This document shows, in pieces, positions 18,390 to 28,927 of a DNA stretch of 64,000 nt. The notes below the pieces were generated by a model, which was not told where the DNA came from, did not search any database, and saw only the letters and a program-made list of their open reading frames with translations. Each line of letters starts with the position of its first letter. Position 1 is the stretch's first letter. The position numbers and the translations under genes were made by a program. This DNA comes from Henriciella sp. (lineage in GTDB: Bacteria > Pseudomonadota > Alphaproteobacteria > Caulobacterales > Hyphomonadaceae): assembly GCA_029238175.1 (NCBI GenBank), contig JAQWGO010000085.1, positions 2,995 to 66,994 on the forward strand, read 5' to 3'.

Positions 18390-19907
18390 CTAGGGTATGC
18401 GTTGCAGCAAGCCGACAAGACGTTTTGACGCGTTTCCAAAGACCGTTGGGGTAAAGTGCGCACTGGCGGCCCGTTTCACAATTTCAGTCCGCGTCGGGTA
18501 TGGCGAAATGAAGTTCGTTAGCGATTGCACGCCGAGTTTGTTCGACATGCCATAACCAACCATCTGGATAATATCTCCAGCACCATCACCGACGATCGAA
18601 GCACCGAGCAATTTGCCCTTACGGATGATCAGTTTGGCCTCGCCAAGGGTCTTTCCTTCCGCAATCGCGCGATCATTGTCATGAAATGGGAAAGACGAGG
18701 TCGTGACGCTATCGCCAAATTGCTCCCGCGCTTCCGCTTCAGTCAGGCCAACTTGAGCAACTTCGGGAGAGACATAAGTCACCGCTGGCAGCGGCAGATC
18801 GCTAGCCTTGCTGCCTTGTTTAAACAACGCGCGACGCGTGAACACACTCGCATGCCAACCCGCAAGGTGGGTAAACTGACCTTGGCCCGCAACATCGCCC
18901 AACGCCCAAACGCGTGGATTGGATATAGAGCGCAGCTTATCGCTAACTTTTACACCGCCGCGATCAAACGCAACATCTCCAGCCTCAAGCTCTAAACCAT
19001 CCATCACCGCCCGGCGTCCTACCGCCACCAAGAGATGCGTTCCGTTGACTGTTTGATTGCCGCTTTCGGCCTCAGTCTCAACAGTGACCGCACCCTGCGT
19101 GCCCGTCACCTTAACCGCCTTATGCCCTTCAAGAATGGTCACGCCCTCTTCGCGGATGGCCTCGACAGCGACAGCAGCATGATCTGCATCAGCGCGCGCC
19201 ATGGCTCGGTCCATTTCGATGACGGTAACTTCAGTGCCAAGACGCTGAAACGCCTGCGCCATTTCCATACCGATTGGCCCGCCGCCCAGAATGATAAGGT
19301 GCTTCGGCTGTTCTGGCAGAGAAAACACTGACTCGTTTGTGATATATGGCGCCTCATTCAGGCCCGGGATCGGCGGAATGAATGCCGTAGATCCAGTCGC
19401 GACAATAATACGCCGCGCGGTTGCTTCGGTTGTGTTTGAGACAACAGTCTTTGGGTCAGCAAACTGCCCATGCTCTTGAATAACTGTCACGCCTAGGCCT
19501 TCAAACCGCTCAACGCTATCAATTGGCGCGATCGTATCAATCGCCTTGCGGACGTGGGCTTTAACGCCTTCCCAATCGACAACCGGCTCAGATGTCGTGA
19601 CACCGAATTTAGCGCTTTCACGTGCAGATTGGGCATATTTAGCTGTCGTCAAAAGCGCCTTCGACGGGACGCAGCCATAGTTCAGACAGTCGCCGCCCAT
19701 TTCGGCTTTTTCATAAAGCACGACCTTGAGGCCCAACATTGCCGCGCCTGCAGCAGCGGATAACCCGCCAGACCCGCCGCCAATAACGATCAGATCAGCT
19801 TTCAGCTTACGCTTCGCGCCAGTTTCGTTTGAAGTCGTTGCCATTGTGTTGGCCTCCATAGGATCAGTTCCAGCCACACGGGCAGTCATTGTTGCTGTAT
19901 CGGACAC
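18390..19907 (-). CDS. FAD-dependent pyridine nucleotide-disulfide oxidoreductase (dihydrolipoamide dehydrogenase / mercuric-reductase-like)
   Basis: GGGSGG FAD motif and the redox-active disulfide GGDCLNYGCVPSK. The track start is GTG and overlaps the upstream stop by 1 nt. In-frame ATGs at 19859 and 19844 are alternatives. Confidence 0.88.
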   Translation of the reverse strand: MSDTATMTARVAGTDPMEANTMATTSNETGAKRKLKADLIVIGGGSGGLSAAAGAAMLGLKVVLYEKAEMGGDCLNYGCVPSKALLTTAKYAQSARESAKFGVTTSEPVVDWEGVKAHVRKAIDTIAPIDSVERFEGLGVTVIQEHGQFADPKTVVSNTTEATARRIIVATGSTAFIPPIPGLNEAPYITNESVFSLPEQPKHLIILGGGPIGMEMAQAFQRLGTEVTVIEMDRAMARADADHAAVAVEAIREEGVTILEGHKAVKVTGTQGAVTVETEAESGNQTVNGTHLLVAVGRRAVMDGLELEAGDVAFDRGGVKVSDKLRSISNPRVWALGDVAGQGQFTHLAGWHASVFTRRALFKQGSKASDLPLPAVTYVSPEVAQVGLTEAEAREQFGDSVTTSSFPFHDNDRAIAEGKTLGEAKLIIRKGKLLGASIVGDGAGDIIQMVGYGMSNKLGVQSLTNFISPYPTRTEIVKRAASAHFTPTVFGNASKRLVGLLQRIP

Positions 19908-20650
19908 TAAACTGTTTCAGCTGCTTCAGTCTTGCGACCCGTAATTTTCTTATAGATTGCTGGGATCAAGGCAACGACGCCAAGCGCAACGAACGCTGGA
20001 ATGAAGTTCGCTGCAAGGCTACCAATATCCACTTCGCCGCCCTCAAGCAGTGTCCCCTTAATCGCTGCGCCAATCCAAGTGTAGGCCAACGTCCCCGGGA
20101 TGATGCCGAAGAAAGTCGTAATGAGATAGTCGCGGTACTTTGCACCCAATAGGCCCGGCGCGATATTCACCACAGCAAATGGGAAGAGCGGGATGAGGCG
20201 AAGCGCAAACATGTAGGACATCGCGTCCTCATTGAAGCCCTTCTCCATTTTGGCGAGGAAAGGCCCCGCGATCTGGCGAAGCACACTTCCAAGCGACGTC
20301 TTCGCCGCAAAGAATAAGATAGAAGCACCCAAAGTTGCGCCAATAATTGTCGCCGGCGTCCCAAAATACAGGCCAAACAAGAACCCGCCAGCAATCGTCA
20401 GCACGCCGCCCGGAATGATAAACGTCGTCGCCGCTGCATAGATCACAATATACGCCAGAAGCACGAGCAAGAGATTGTTCTTCACAAGCTCATCCAGCCA
20501 AACCGCATTCTCCGACAGGCTTTCAAGCGTCAAATACTGATGCCACCCCATTGAAACCGCCAGCGCAAGACCAGCGCCGATCAAGTAAACGGGCCAAAGC
20601 TTGATCCAAATCGGGGTCTGCTTGCCTTCTGTGACGTCTATGTCAGTCAT
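19907..20650 (-). CDS. TVP38/TMEM64 (DedA/SNARE-associated) family membrane protein
   Basis: Trimmed to MTDIDVTEGK. It is multi-TM with the segments PGGVLTIAGGFLFG and RLIPLFPF typical of the family. Confidence 0.8.
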   Translation of the reverse strand: MTDIDVTEGKQTPIWIKLWPVYLIGAGLALAVSMGWHQYLTLESLSENAVWLDELVKNNLLLVLLAYIVIYAAATTFIIPGGVLTIAGGFLFGLYFGTPATIIGATLGASILFFAAKTSLGSVLRQIAGPFLAKMEKGFNEDAMSYMFALRLIPLFPFAVVNIAPGLLGAKYRDYLITTFFGIIPGTLAYTWIGAAIKGTLLEGGEVDIGSLAANFIPAFVALGVVALIPAIYKKITGRKTEAAETV

Positions 20651-20682
20651 TCTTCTTGTCCTTCTTGAGCCAGCAATCGGCG

Positions 20683-21447
20683 CTATTTTGCGTCGTTGAG
20701 CGACCAATCATATTCGTGTTTCTTGATATCTGCGTTGGCTTTGATGTTTTCTGCAAGCACCGGATTAGCGTATTTCAGCAAGTGATCGATCACGCCCTTC
20801 TCACTTCCACCAAAGTCTTCACGGAACCATTTATAGATTTGAGAAACCTGTAAACCACCGCGAGAACGAACTTGAACGCCGCGCGGATGATTGATGAAGT
20901 CACGCGCCGCCTTATCCAAATCTTCGTCGAGGGTGGCTGCTTCCCACGCGCTATTTTGCAAATTTGGACAGCCATAGGAGGCGCAATTGACCGCATAGTG
21001 GACACGCGGGTCATCAAATTGCTCCCGCAAAATGCCGTGCTCAATATCGTCCAGTGAAACCTCCTCACCATCGACCACAGTCTTCACACGCTTCCAAGGT
21101 CCGGAGATATAGCCTGAACGGATTGATTTTGTGGGGTAACGCCCGATCATATGCTTGATCGTCAGCGCATTATAAATGTTTGAATAGGCCGCGAATTGTT
21201 CGTCTTCGGATAGCTCTTCGAAATCAAGTGCCTCAAAACTCTCTAGGTACGCGTCCAGTTTAGCCGTATCGGCTGCATTATTCTTCAACGCACCGTACTT
21301 GAACCGGTTAACCCCATCATCGCTTTCGACCACATATGTTTCCAACAGCGAATCCCAAACGCTGTGACGGCTGGCCTCATCTGCCACAGCAGGTCCAGAA
21401 ATAATCGACATAGCAACAGCTCCAGCGGCAATAATTCGGCGTAACAT
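20683..21447 (-). CDS. DUF547-like secreted protein
   Basis: Signal peptide MLRRIIAAGAVAMSIISGPAVA. The motif HYAVNCASYGCPNL is characteristic of DUF547. Confidence 0.72.
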   Translation of the reverse strand: MLRRIIAAGAVAMSIISGPAVADEASRHSVWDSLLETYVVESDDGVNRFKYGALKNNAADTAKLDAYLESFEALDFEELSEDEQFAAYSNIYNALTIKHMIGRYPTKSIRSGYISGPWKRVKTVVDGEEVSLDDIEHGILREQFDDPRVHYAVNCASYGCPNLQNSAWEAATLDEDLDKAARDFINHPRGVQVRSRGGLQVSQIYKWFREDFGGSEKGVIDHLLKYANPVLAENIKANADIKKHEYDWSLNDAK

Positions 21448-21663
21448 ATGGCAAACGTCCTGTATTTATATCCAGCACATACATATAGATCGCTGCTGAG
21501 AATAAGCACCTAACGACACCATTGCTTCTGTTCACCTCTGCGTGAGCAGGATGTGACGGCAAGAAGACCTGCAAATCATGTCGGTTACGTCTTGACCTGC
21601 CCCTCTCTCACACGTAATAGCCCCGCTTTCGAGATAAACACCTGATTTAGAGGCGACAGCCCG

Positions 21664-21798
21664 ATGAAACGTACTTTCCAGCCTAGCCGCATCAAACGCG
21701 CTCGCACACACGGTTTCCGTTTGCGTATGTCTACAAAGAATGGCCGCAAGGTTCTTGCCCGCCGTCGTTCTAAAGGCCGCAAGGAACTGTCTGCTTAA
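21664..21798 (+). CDS. rpmH: 50S ribosomal protein L34
   Basis: Not in the ORF track because it is below the length cutoff. Direct translation gives [44 protein letters not shown]. It lies immediately upstream of rnpA, the conserved synteny. Confidence 0.97.
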   Translation: MKRTFQPSRIKRARTHGFRLRMSTKNGRKVLARRRSKGRKELSA

Positions 21799-21824
21799 TT
21801 GCTGACAGGCCGGGGAGTGTTCCC

Positions 21825-22208
21825 ATGGCAACAGATATGATGATTTCAGAAGCTGGGGTCGCACGTCTAAAGACGCGGCCCCAGTTTCTTTTTGCTCGCG
21901 GCGGAAAATCTGAACGCAAGCGCAGTCTGGTTATTCAGGCCCGCCGTCGCAAAGATAGCACCACAATTGGTGAAGGGTTTACCGCCACAAAGAAGGTCGG
22001 AAACGCTGTTATTCGCAACCGCGCCAAACGCCGTCTGCGCGCAGCATCACACCAGCTTTTGCCGCTCCATGGTGTCCCTGGCGTCGATTATGTCTTCATC
22101 GCGCGCCTTGATACTGCGACGATTGGCTGGCAGCGCCTTCTTGACGATATGGAAAGCGCGCTGATAAGCCTCGCCAACCAGTTTTCAGCGGGGACAGGTC
22201 CAACCTGA
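21825..22208 (+). CDS. rnpA: ribonuclease P protein component
   Basis: 127 aa and basic, with the RNR motif KKVGNAVIRNRAKRRLR. It sits in rpmH-rnpA-yidC order. Confidence 0.93.
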   Translation: MATDMMISEAGVARLKTRPQFLFARGGKSERKRSLVIQARRRKDSTTIGEGFTATKKVGNAVIRNRAKRRLRAASHQLLPLHGVPGVDYVFIARLDTATIGWQRLLDDMESALISLANQFSAGTGPT

Positions 22209-22242
22209 TCCCTCTTTTTTATATGCAGGATATGATCCGCTC

Positions 22243-24135
22243 ATGATGCCCAATCAGCAAAACGGAATGGACCCACAGGACCAGCGCAATTTCCTAATCG
22301 CCATGGCCCTGATGATCGTCTTTGTTTTCGGTTACCAGTATATGTTCGTTGCGCCTGCGCAGCAAAAGGCCGAAGCCGCGCGCGCAGAAGCCGCTGCCGC
22401 CGCGCCAACCACGCCGGTAGTCAGCACAGAAGCAGTCGCAGAGACACCTATCGCACAACTGCCTCTAACCGTTTCAGATGCACTTAGCTCGACAGATAGA
22501 ATTCAGTTTGACGCCGCTCGCGTCGATGGTTCAATCCTAGTTAAGACGTCTTCAATTGATGATCTCAATCTGAAAGATCATTTCAAGACGGTCGAAAAAG
22601 TCGAAGAACTTCGTCTATTACGTCCGCGTATCAGCAAAGACGGCGACGTCAGCGGATATTCAGCAAACTGGACTTGGGAGGTTCAGGGAAACGAACCGGG
22701 CAGATATGCCCCCGTAATTCGCGCCGAAGATAGCTGGCGTGCCAGTACGGATGAAATTGGTCCGGGTGAAACGGCCACACTAAACTTCTCTCGCGGCGGG
22801 CTTCAGATTGAGCGTGTGATAAGCATTGATGAGAATTATATGTTCTCATTCGCGGACACGATTACCAATACCTCAAATCGCGAATTCACCCTCTCACCGA
22901 TGGGGCAAGTACGCCGCTATGGTGCATGGAAAGACTTCTTGAACGAGACGGACCCCGGATCAGCTTCCAAAATGGGTCTCGCTCACCAGGGGTTGATTGG
23001 CGTATTCGACAAGGGTTTGACTCTACGCAACTATCAAAACCTCTTCAAAGACAAAGGCATCAAGGATGCTGACAAAAACGGATATCGTGCCGCAGAAAGC
23101 GGCGGCTGGATCGGCTTTACAGACATGTACTGGATGGCCGCTTTGGTGCCAGAACAAGGACGCAGCTACAAATCTATTGTAGAACGTGAAAACGATGCTT
23201 TGATCCTGAAGATAGACGCAGAAGATGTTATCCTCGCTGCGGGTCAATCAGTGACCGTAACTAACCAAATCTTTGCCGGCGCTAAAGAATACAACGTTGT
23301 GAACGCATACAAAAAATCCGGCATTCCGCGTTTTGATGACTCCATCGATTGGGGCAACATTCTCTATTATATTACGCGTCCCTTCTTTGCCCTATTGAAC
23401 TGGCTTAAGACTCAAATCGGCTCGTTCGGCCTTGCGATCCTTGCGCTAACACTTCTCATCAAAATACCACTGATCCCGCTCTATAATGCGAGCTATAAAT
23501 CAATGGCGAAGATGAAAAAGCTGTCTGAGCCAATGAAAGAAATCCAAGAGCGTTTCAAAGAGGATCCACAGCGTCGCCAGCAAGAAGTGATGAAGCTGTA
23601 CCAACGCGAGAAAGCCAACCCTCTCGCGGGCTGTATTCCAATCCTATTCACGATCCCGGTCTTCTTCGCGCTCTATAAAACCCTCTATGTGACAATCGAA
23701 ATGCGTCACACACCATTCTTATGGTTGAACGACCTGTCATCAGGTGAAGCCAATGTATTGGGTAACTTATTTGGTTGGTTGCCTTGGGCGACAGGCGAAG
23801 AGATCAGATCAATCTCACTGTTAGGGTTCATTCCTATCGGTTTCCTACTTGGGATTGGTATTCTGGCGATCCTATACGGCGTCACAATGGCGGGCATTCA
23901 GGCCTTATCTCCGCCGCCGCCTGATCCAACGCAACGCAAAGTCATGATGGCTCTACCGTTTATCTTCATGTTCGTATTTGGCGGCTTTGCCTCAGGGCTC
24001 GTGATCTACTGGGTTTGGTCAAACATCCTGTCCTTGCTGCAGCAATATTACATCATGAGACGGAATGGCGTTGAAACCGAACTAGATAAGCTCATAGGTC
24101 GATTATTAGGCCGAACACCGAAACCGGAAGAGTAG
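22243..24135 (+). CDS. yidC: membrane protein insertase YidC
   Basis: 630 aa with an N-terminal TM helix and a large periplasmic domain. The C-terminus has the 5-TM 60-kDa-IMP core (MKKLSEPMKEIQERFKEDPQRRQQEVMKLYQREKANPLAGCIP). Confidence 0.96.
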   Translation: MMPNQQNGMDPQDQRNFLIAMALMIVFVFGYQYMFVAPAQQKAEAARAEAAAAAPTTPVVSTEAVAETPIAQLPLTVSDALSSTDRIQFDAARVDGSILVKTSSIDDLNLKDHFKTVEKVEELRLLRPRISKDGDVSGYSANWTWEVQGNEPGRYAPVIRAEDSWRASTDEIGPGETATLNFSRGGLQIERVISIDENYMFSFADTITNTSNREFTLSPMGQVRRYGAWKDFLNETDPGSASKMGLAHQGLIGVFDKGLTLRNYQNLFKDKGIKDADKNGYRAAESGGWIGFTDMYWMAALVPEQGRSYKSIVERENDALILKIDAEDVILAAGQSVTVTNQIFAGAKEYNVVNAYKKSGIPRFDDSIDWGNILYYITRPFFALLNWLKTQIGSFGLAILALTLLIKIPLIPLYNASYKSMAKMKKLSEPMKEIQERFKEDPQRRQQEVMKLYQREKANPLAGCIPILFTIPVFFALYKTLYVTIEMRHTPFLWLNDLSSGEANVLGNLFGWLPWATGEEIRSISLLGFIPIGFLLGIGILAILYGVTMAGIQALSPPPPDPTQRKVMMALPFIFMFVFGGFASGLVIYWVWSNILSLLQQYYIMRRNGVETELDKLIGRLLGRTPKPEE

Positions 24136-24139
24136 CCCG

Positions 24140-24787
24140 ATGACCGACATGCCCGAATTCTCCGAAGAGGCGATGGATATAGGGCACAAGCTCTGCATGG
24201 GTCCGGTTAAATTCGTGCTCGGCGCGGCTAGCCTGACCCAATTGCCAGAAAGCGATCGACCAGAAATCGCGTTCGCAGGGCGCTCTAATGTTGGGAAGTC
24301 TAGCCTCATAAACGCCCTGCTCAACCGCAAAGGCCTAGCTCGTGCCTCTGCTGAACCCGGCAAAACGCGAGAGTTGAACTATTTCGACCTCGGCGAGGGC
24401 AAAATGTGGCTCGTTGACCTTCCCGGTTTTGGCTATGCGAAAGTTTCGCGCGAGCAGCAGGCCAAATGGGTGCAAGTCACCAAACGCTATCTACGCGGAC
24501 GTGTGAACCTGCGCCGTGTATTCCTTCTGGTCGATAGCCGCCGAGGCATCATGGATACCGATCTAGAGACGATGCAAATGCTGGATACGGCAGCTGTGAC
24601 CTATCAAATCATCCTGACAAAGGGCGACAAGATCAAGGCGACCGAACTTACGGCAATACAGGCCACTGTAGAGGCAGTATTAAAAAAGCACCCTGCCGCC
24701 CACCCAATTCCGCGTGTAACCTCGTCGGAAAAAGGCTTCGGTATTCCAGAGCTTAGAGCAGAAATTGGAATGCTGTCTCAAGTATAG
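24140..24787 (+). CDS. engB: ribosome biogenesis GTP-binding protein YihA/YsxC
   Basis: G1 motif GRSNVGKSSLINAL, G3 motif DLPGFGY and G4 motif TKGDK. It follows yidC as in many bacteria. Confidence 0.93.
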   Translation: MTDMPEFSEEAMDIGHKLCMGPVKFVLGAASLTQLPESDRPEIAFAGRSNVGKSSLINALLNRKGLARASAEPGKTRELNYFDLGEGKMWLVDLPGFGYAKVSREQQAKWVQVTKRYLRGRVNLRRVFLLVDSRRGIMDTDLETMQMLDTAAVTYQIILTKGDKIKATELTAIQATVEAVLKKHPAAHPIPRVTSSEKGFGIPELRAEIGMLSQV

Positions 24788-24804
24788 ACGTAAGGAAGGT
24801 CAAA

Positions 24805-25266
24805 ATGGCGATTACAATTCAACGGGCTGACCTGAGTGCACCCGATTTCATTGCCCTGATCGACACCCATGCTGAGCTGATGCTGGAGCTTTCCCCGCCC
24901 GGCAGCTGTCACTTCTTACCCATTGATGGCTTAAAAACAGATGACGTGACGGTTTGGGATCTGCGCGACGGTGACATGCTTCTCGGCAGCGGCGCCCTAA
25001 AACACCTTTCCGACACACATGGTGAGATTAAATCCATGCACACGCTTTCGGCGCGGCGCGGCGGCGGCTTGGGCAAAAAAATGCTCGAGCATATCCTCAA
25101 CGAGGCCTGGACAAGAGGCTATACACGATTGAGCTTGGAAACCGGCTCAAGTGATGGCTTCAGCCCCGCTCGCAACCTCTACAAAGCCTATGGCTTCTCA
25201 ATCTGTGGCCCATTCGGCGCGTATAAAGAAGATCCACACAGCGTCTTCATGACGTCTGTATTGTAG
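24805..25266 (+). CDS. GNAT family N-acetyltransferase
   Basis: 153 aa with an acetyl-CoA binding motif ([14 protein letters not shown]). Confidence 0.82.
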   Translation: MAITIQRADLSAPDFIALIDTHAELMLELSPPGSCHFLPIDGLKTDDVTVWDLRDGDMLLGSGALKHLSDTHGEIKSMHTLSARRGGGLGKKMLEHILNEAWTRGYTRLSLETGSSDGFSPARNLYKAYGFSICGPFGAYKEDPHSVFMTSVL

Positions 25267-25309
25267 AAGGGCTTCCACAAAGCCCCCAAACCGCGCTAAA
25301 GCGCGTTCT

Positions 25310-26209
25310 ATGACTGATTTGAACCTCTCAAAAGCTCAATTCACAGCGGAAACGCTATCTGAAGCCCTGCCTTACATTCAGCGCTACGCTGGCCGTACGG
25401 TGGTCATCAAGTATGGCGGCCATGCCATGGTGGATGAAGAATTATCAGCCGCCTTCGCCCGCGATGTCGTCCTACTGAAACACCTTGGTGCGAACCCAGT
25501 GATTGTGCATGGCGGCGGACCGCAAATCGCCGACCTACTCGGCCGGTTGGGCATTAAATCAGAATTCCGCGACGGGCTTCGCGTCACTGACGACGCAACG
25601 ATGGAAGCGGTTGAGATGGTCCTTTCCGGCCCCATCAACAAAAACATCGTCCGCGCTATCAACGCTGCGGGCGGCAAGGCTGTCGGTCTATCTGGTTCTG
25701 ACGGTGACTTGATGCGCGTCACGAAAGCGACCCGTACGAAACGCGATGAGAGCAGCGAGATCGAAAAAGTCATCGATCTTGGTTATGTCGGTGAGCCCGA
25801 AAAGATCGATATCTCGGTTTTGAACGCGCTCATGAACAGTGAAAAAGCTATCATCCCGGTCATCGCGCCTGTGGGGGTCGGCGAAGATGGACGGCGTTAT
25901 AACGTTAACGCTGATACAGCAGCTGGCGCGATTGCTGCGGCCTTGAATGCCAAGCGCCTTCTACTTCTAACCGATGTTGCAGGCGTCTTGGATAAATCCA
26001 AAACCCTGATCCGTGAAATCCGGCGTGATGGCGTAGACGCCCTCATTGCGGACGAAACAATATCAGGCGGCATGATACCAAAGCTTGAAACGGCGGCGAA
26101 AGCGGTCAACATGGGGGTTGGCGGGGCAGTGATACTGGACGGACGTGCAAGGCACGCCCTCCTCATGGAGCTCTTCACCGAACATGGCGCAGGTACCATT
26201 GTCTATTAA
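25310..26209 (+). CDS. argB: acetylglutamate kinase
   Basis: Motifs [18 protein letters not shown] and [12 protein letters not shown]. Confidence 0.96.
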   Translation: MTDLNLSKAQFTAETLSEALPYIQRYAGRTVVIKYGGHAMVDEELSAAFARDVVLLKHLGANPVIVHGGGPQIADLLGRLGIKSEFRDGLRVTDDATMEAVEMVLSGPINKNIVRAINAAGGKAVGLSGSDGDLMRVTKATRTKRDESSEIEKVIDLGYVGEPEKIDISVLNALMNSEKAIIPVIAPVGVGEDGRRYNVNADTAAGAIAAALNAKRLLLLTDVAGVLDKSKTLIREIRRDGVDALIADETISGGMIPKLETAAKAVNMGVGGAVILDGRARHALLMELFTEHGAGTIVY

Positions 26210-27230
26210 GTTTATCCTTGGAATTTTCGCGGCGGCGTTAACCATCGCTTTACCCGGAAACGCTTCGGCGCAAGCGGCAAAGACCGGCTGGGAAGTCTGC
26301 AACGAAACCAGCTATATTATCGAATCCGCTACTGGCCATTATGAGGGCCAAGGCATCGTCGTTGAGGGTTGGACCCGGCTACGCCCCGGCGCATGTCAGC
26401 TCGTTCAAGAAGCGCCGCTGACACCCGGCCTACACTACCTCTTTGGACGCTCCTCGACGGCACACCGCGGTGGCCGCCGCCTTTGGGGGGGCGAGACCAA
26501 GCTCTGTATCGACACCACGGGCAGCTTCTCGGTTGAAAGCATTCCAAACTGCACAACGATGGGTATGGAAGAACGCGAATTCCGCCCCGTCCTGATTGAG
26601 AACGCCAAAAGATGGCGCACCAGCTTCACTGAAACCGATAAGCTGACAATCAAGGAAGCAAGCGCCGCCGGTGTCCAACGCCTCCTCGATAATGCCGGCG
26701 TTTATGCAGGCCGGATTGATGGCTACCTCGGACGCAAAACAAGGGCTGCCATCGGTGACTTTTTGAAGTCCAAAGGTCTCGCCGCCGATACAACCGACGC
26801 CGACCTTATGGATATTCTTGAGCAGGCCGCGATTGAGCGGGCTCGCAATGTTGGTCTGACATTCTGCAACCGGACTGACAAACGCATCTGGAGCGCAATG
26901 GCGCGCCGCCGCGGTGACGAATGGGAAAGCCGTGGCTGGTGGCTGCTCGAAGCAGGCGGCTGCGCGCGCATTATCGACGAACCCCTTCTGCAGTCTGGCC
27001 TTTTTGCCTATGCTGAAATGGAAACCGGCGATGGCGAAGTCCGAACTCTAAAGCGCGGCACTGATCCGTTTTGTGTTGCACGATCCAAATTTGCGATTAC
27101 GGGCCGCGATGGTTGCGAGGCAGCCGCGTTCCGTCCGGGTCTGTTCATGGCAACGCCGCCACCCGCGAACCGCAAGCTCGTCTTTGAATTCTTCGAGCGC
27201 GATTTCAACGAAGACAGTAATGCCCGCTGA
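26184..27230 (+). CDS. secreted protein: DUF1036 - peptidoglycan-binding (PG_binding_1) - DUF1036
   Basis: Signal peptide [29 protein letters not shown]. Two CN-x-T modules are present ([10 protein letters not shown]..., [10 protein letters not shown]...). They flank [31 protein letters not shown]. The start is uncertain (ATG 26184 or TTG 26199) and overlaps the argB 3' end. Confidence 0.7.
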   Translation: MAQVPLSIKFILGIFAAALTIALPGNASAQAAKTGWEVCNETSYIIESATGHYEGQGIVVEGWTRLRPGACQLVQEAPLTPGLHYLFGRSSTAHRGGRRLWGGETKLCIDTTGSFSVESIPNCTTMGMEEREFRPVLIENAKRWRTSFTETDKLTIKEASAAGVQRLLDNAGVYAGRIDGYLGRKTRAAIGDFLKSKGLAADTTDADLMDILEQAAIERARNVGLTFCNRTDKRIWSAMARRRGDEWESRGWWLLEAGGCARIIDEPLLQSGLFAYAEMETGDGEVRTLKRGTDPFCVARSKFAITGRDGCEAAAFRPGLFMATPPPANRKLVFEFFERDFNEDSNAR

Positions 27231-27933
27231 TTCTGAGCATCATTTGGCGCGCCTCGGCGAACGTGATGCATGGGTGTTCGATCTCGACAACACGCTCTAC
27301 CCCGCCGAATGTGACCTCTTCGCTGAGATTGATCAGCGCATGACCGACTTTGTATCGCGCTTCTTGCACTTACCGCGCGACGAGGCCCGCGCGACACAAA
27401 AGAAATATTACGCAAAATACGGCACAACCTTAAACGGCCTGATGAGTATGCACGGCATGGACCCGATGGATTTTCTTGCCCACGTGCATGAAATTGACCT
27501 GTCCCCACTGCCAAGAACGCCAGAACTTGGCATCGCGATCAAAGCCTTACCAGGGAAAAAATACGTCTACACCAACGGCTCACGCCGGCACGCCGCGCGT
27601 GTCACCGAATATATGGGGCTTGCGGATGTCTTTGACGGGCACTTCGCAATCGAAGACAGCGACTATACACCAAAGCCCAACCAGTCCTCGTACGATGCCT
27701 TTTTGGAAAGATTTCCTCTCGTCCCACACCGCGCTGTCTTCTTTGAAGATTTAGCTAGAAACCTAGCCCCAGCTCACACGATGGGGTTCGCCACGGTATT
27801 GGTCACTTCCGATAAAGACTGGAGCCATGAGCCGATTGAGGCGCGCCCGGCTGGACATGGGGATGACCAACTCCCACATATCGATTATGTGACCCGCGAC
27901 CTGACTGCATTCTTGCAGTCTATTACCGCCTAA
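27220..27933 (+). CDS. HAD-superfamily pyrimidine 5'-nucleotidase-like hydrolase
   Basis: Trimmed to MPADSEHH. It has HAD motif I ([10 protein letters not shown]), YTNGSRRHA, and FFEDLARN. Confidence 0.82.
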   Translation: MPADSEHHLARLGERDAWVFDLDNTLYPAECDLFAEIDQRMTDFVSRFLHLPRDEARATQKKYYAKYGTTLNGLMSMHGMDPMDFLAHVHEIDLSPLPRTPELGIAIKALPGKKYVYTNGSRRHAARVTEYMGLADVFDGHFAIEDSDYTPKPNQSSYDAFLERFPLVPHRAVFFEDLARNLAPAHTMGFATVLVTSDKDWSHEPIEARPAGHGDDQLPHIDYVTRDLTAFLQSITA

Positions 27934-27956
27934 AGACGCTAGAAAGACACAACGCC

Positions 27957-28784
27957 ATGCCAGAACGCTTAGCCGCCCTGATCACATCCGCTTGGGAAGA
28001 TCGCGACGCTCTTAACACAGACACACAAGGCGAAATCCGCGAGGCCGTGGACGCTGCCCTATCACTGCTCGATAGCGGTGAAGTGCGTGTCGCAGATCCC
28101 GGCCCTGATGGCTGGACCGTCAATCAATGGCTAAAGAAAGCCGTCCTCCTCTCGTTTCGTCTCAACGATAATAAGCTCATGGATGGCGGCCCAGGCCACC
28201 GCGGCACATGGTGGGACAAAGTTCCATCAAAATTCGAAGGCTGGGGCGAGGCTGAATTTAAAGCTGCTGGTTTCCGCGCTGTACCTCCCGCCGCTGTTCG
28301 CCGGGGTGCATATGTTGCGCCGGGCGCTGTACTCATGCCGTCTTACGTCAATATCGGCGCCTATGTCGGCAAGGGCACGATGATCGACACTTGGGCATCC
28401 GTCGGCTCATGCGCTCAAGTTGGTGCAAACTGCCATATCTCAGCGGGCACTGGCATTGGCGGCGTGCTTGAGCCACTTCAAGCAAACCCTACAATCATCG
28501 AAGATAATTGCTTTATCGGCGCACGTTCTGAAGTTGTTGAGGGCGTTATCGTCGGCACCGGATCGGTTATTGCGATGGGCGTATTCATTACTCAATCAAC
28601 GAAGATCGTGAACCGCCAAACGGGCGAGATTAGCTACGGCTACGTCCCGCCATATTCTGTCGTCGTTCCGGGCACGCTGCCTGACCCTAAGGGTGGCCCA
28701 TCGCTGGCTTGCGCGGTGATTGTGAAGACGGTTGATGCGCAAACGCGTTCGAAGACGGCAATCAATGAACTTTTACGCGATTAG
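27957..28784 (+). CDS. dapD: 2,3,4,5-tetrahydropyridine-2,6-dicarboxylate N-succinyltransferase
   Basis: 275 aa with a left-handed beta-helix hexapeptide repeat region and the typical DapD N-terminal domain. Confidence 0.94.
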   Translation: MPERLAALITSAWEDRDALNTDTQGEIREAVDAALSLLDSGEVRVADPGPDGWTVNQWLKKAVLLSFRLNDNKLMDGGPGHRGTWWDKVPSKFEGWGEAEFKAAGFRAVPPAAVRRGAYVAPGAVLMPSYVNIGAYVGKGTMIDTWASVGSCAQVGANCHISAGTGIGGVLEPLQANPTIIEDNCFIGARSEVVEGVIVGTGSVIAMGVFITQSTKIVNRQTGEISYGYVPPYSVVVPGTLPDPKGGPSLACAVIVKTVDAQTRSKTAINELLRD

Positions 28785-28927
28785 GTAACAGTCAAGGATC
28801 ATGACTGTGACAAACTAGTTAGAGCTAAGCCCTTGCATTTGGTTGATAATGAACCGAAGAATGTAATGGCTGGTTCGCTTTTGAACCGCCCCCGCTTTAG
28901 CGGGAGAACAGACAACGGAGGTCCTCC

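Noticed and set aside
21448-21663. Possible chromosomal origin or dnaA region, because rpmH-rnpA-yidC often neighbours dnaA/oriC.
   Set aside because: No dnaA gene and no visible cluster of DnaA-box-like 9-mers. In Alphaproteobacteria the origin is usually elsewhere. Only a plausible rpmH promoter (TTGACC-N17-TAATAG) was seen, too weak to list as a feature.
21532-21864. 110-aa and 65-aa minus-strand ORFs covering the rpmH region.
   Set aside because: They are antisense to an unmistakable L34 coding sequence (21664..21798). rpmH is missing from the track only because it is shorter than the cutoff.
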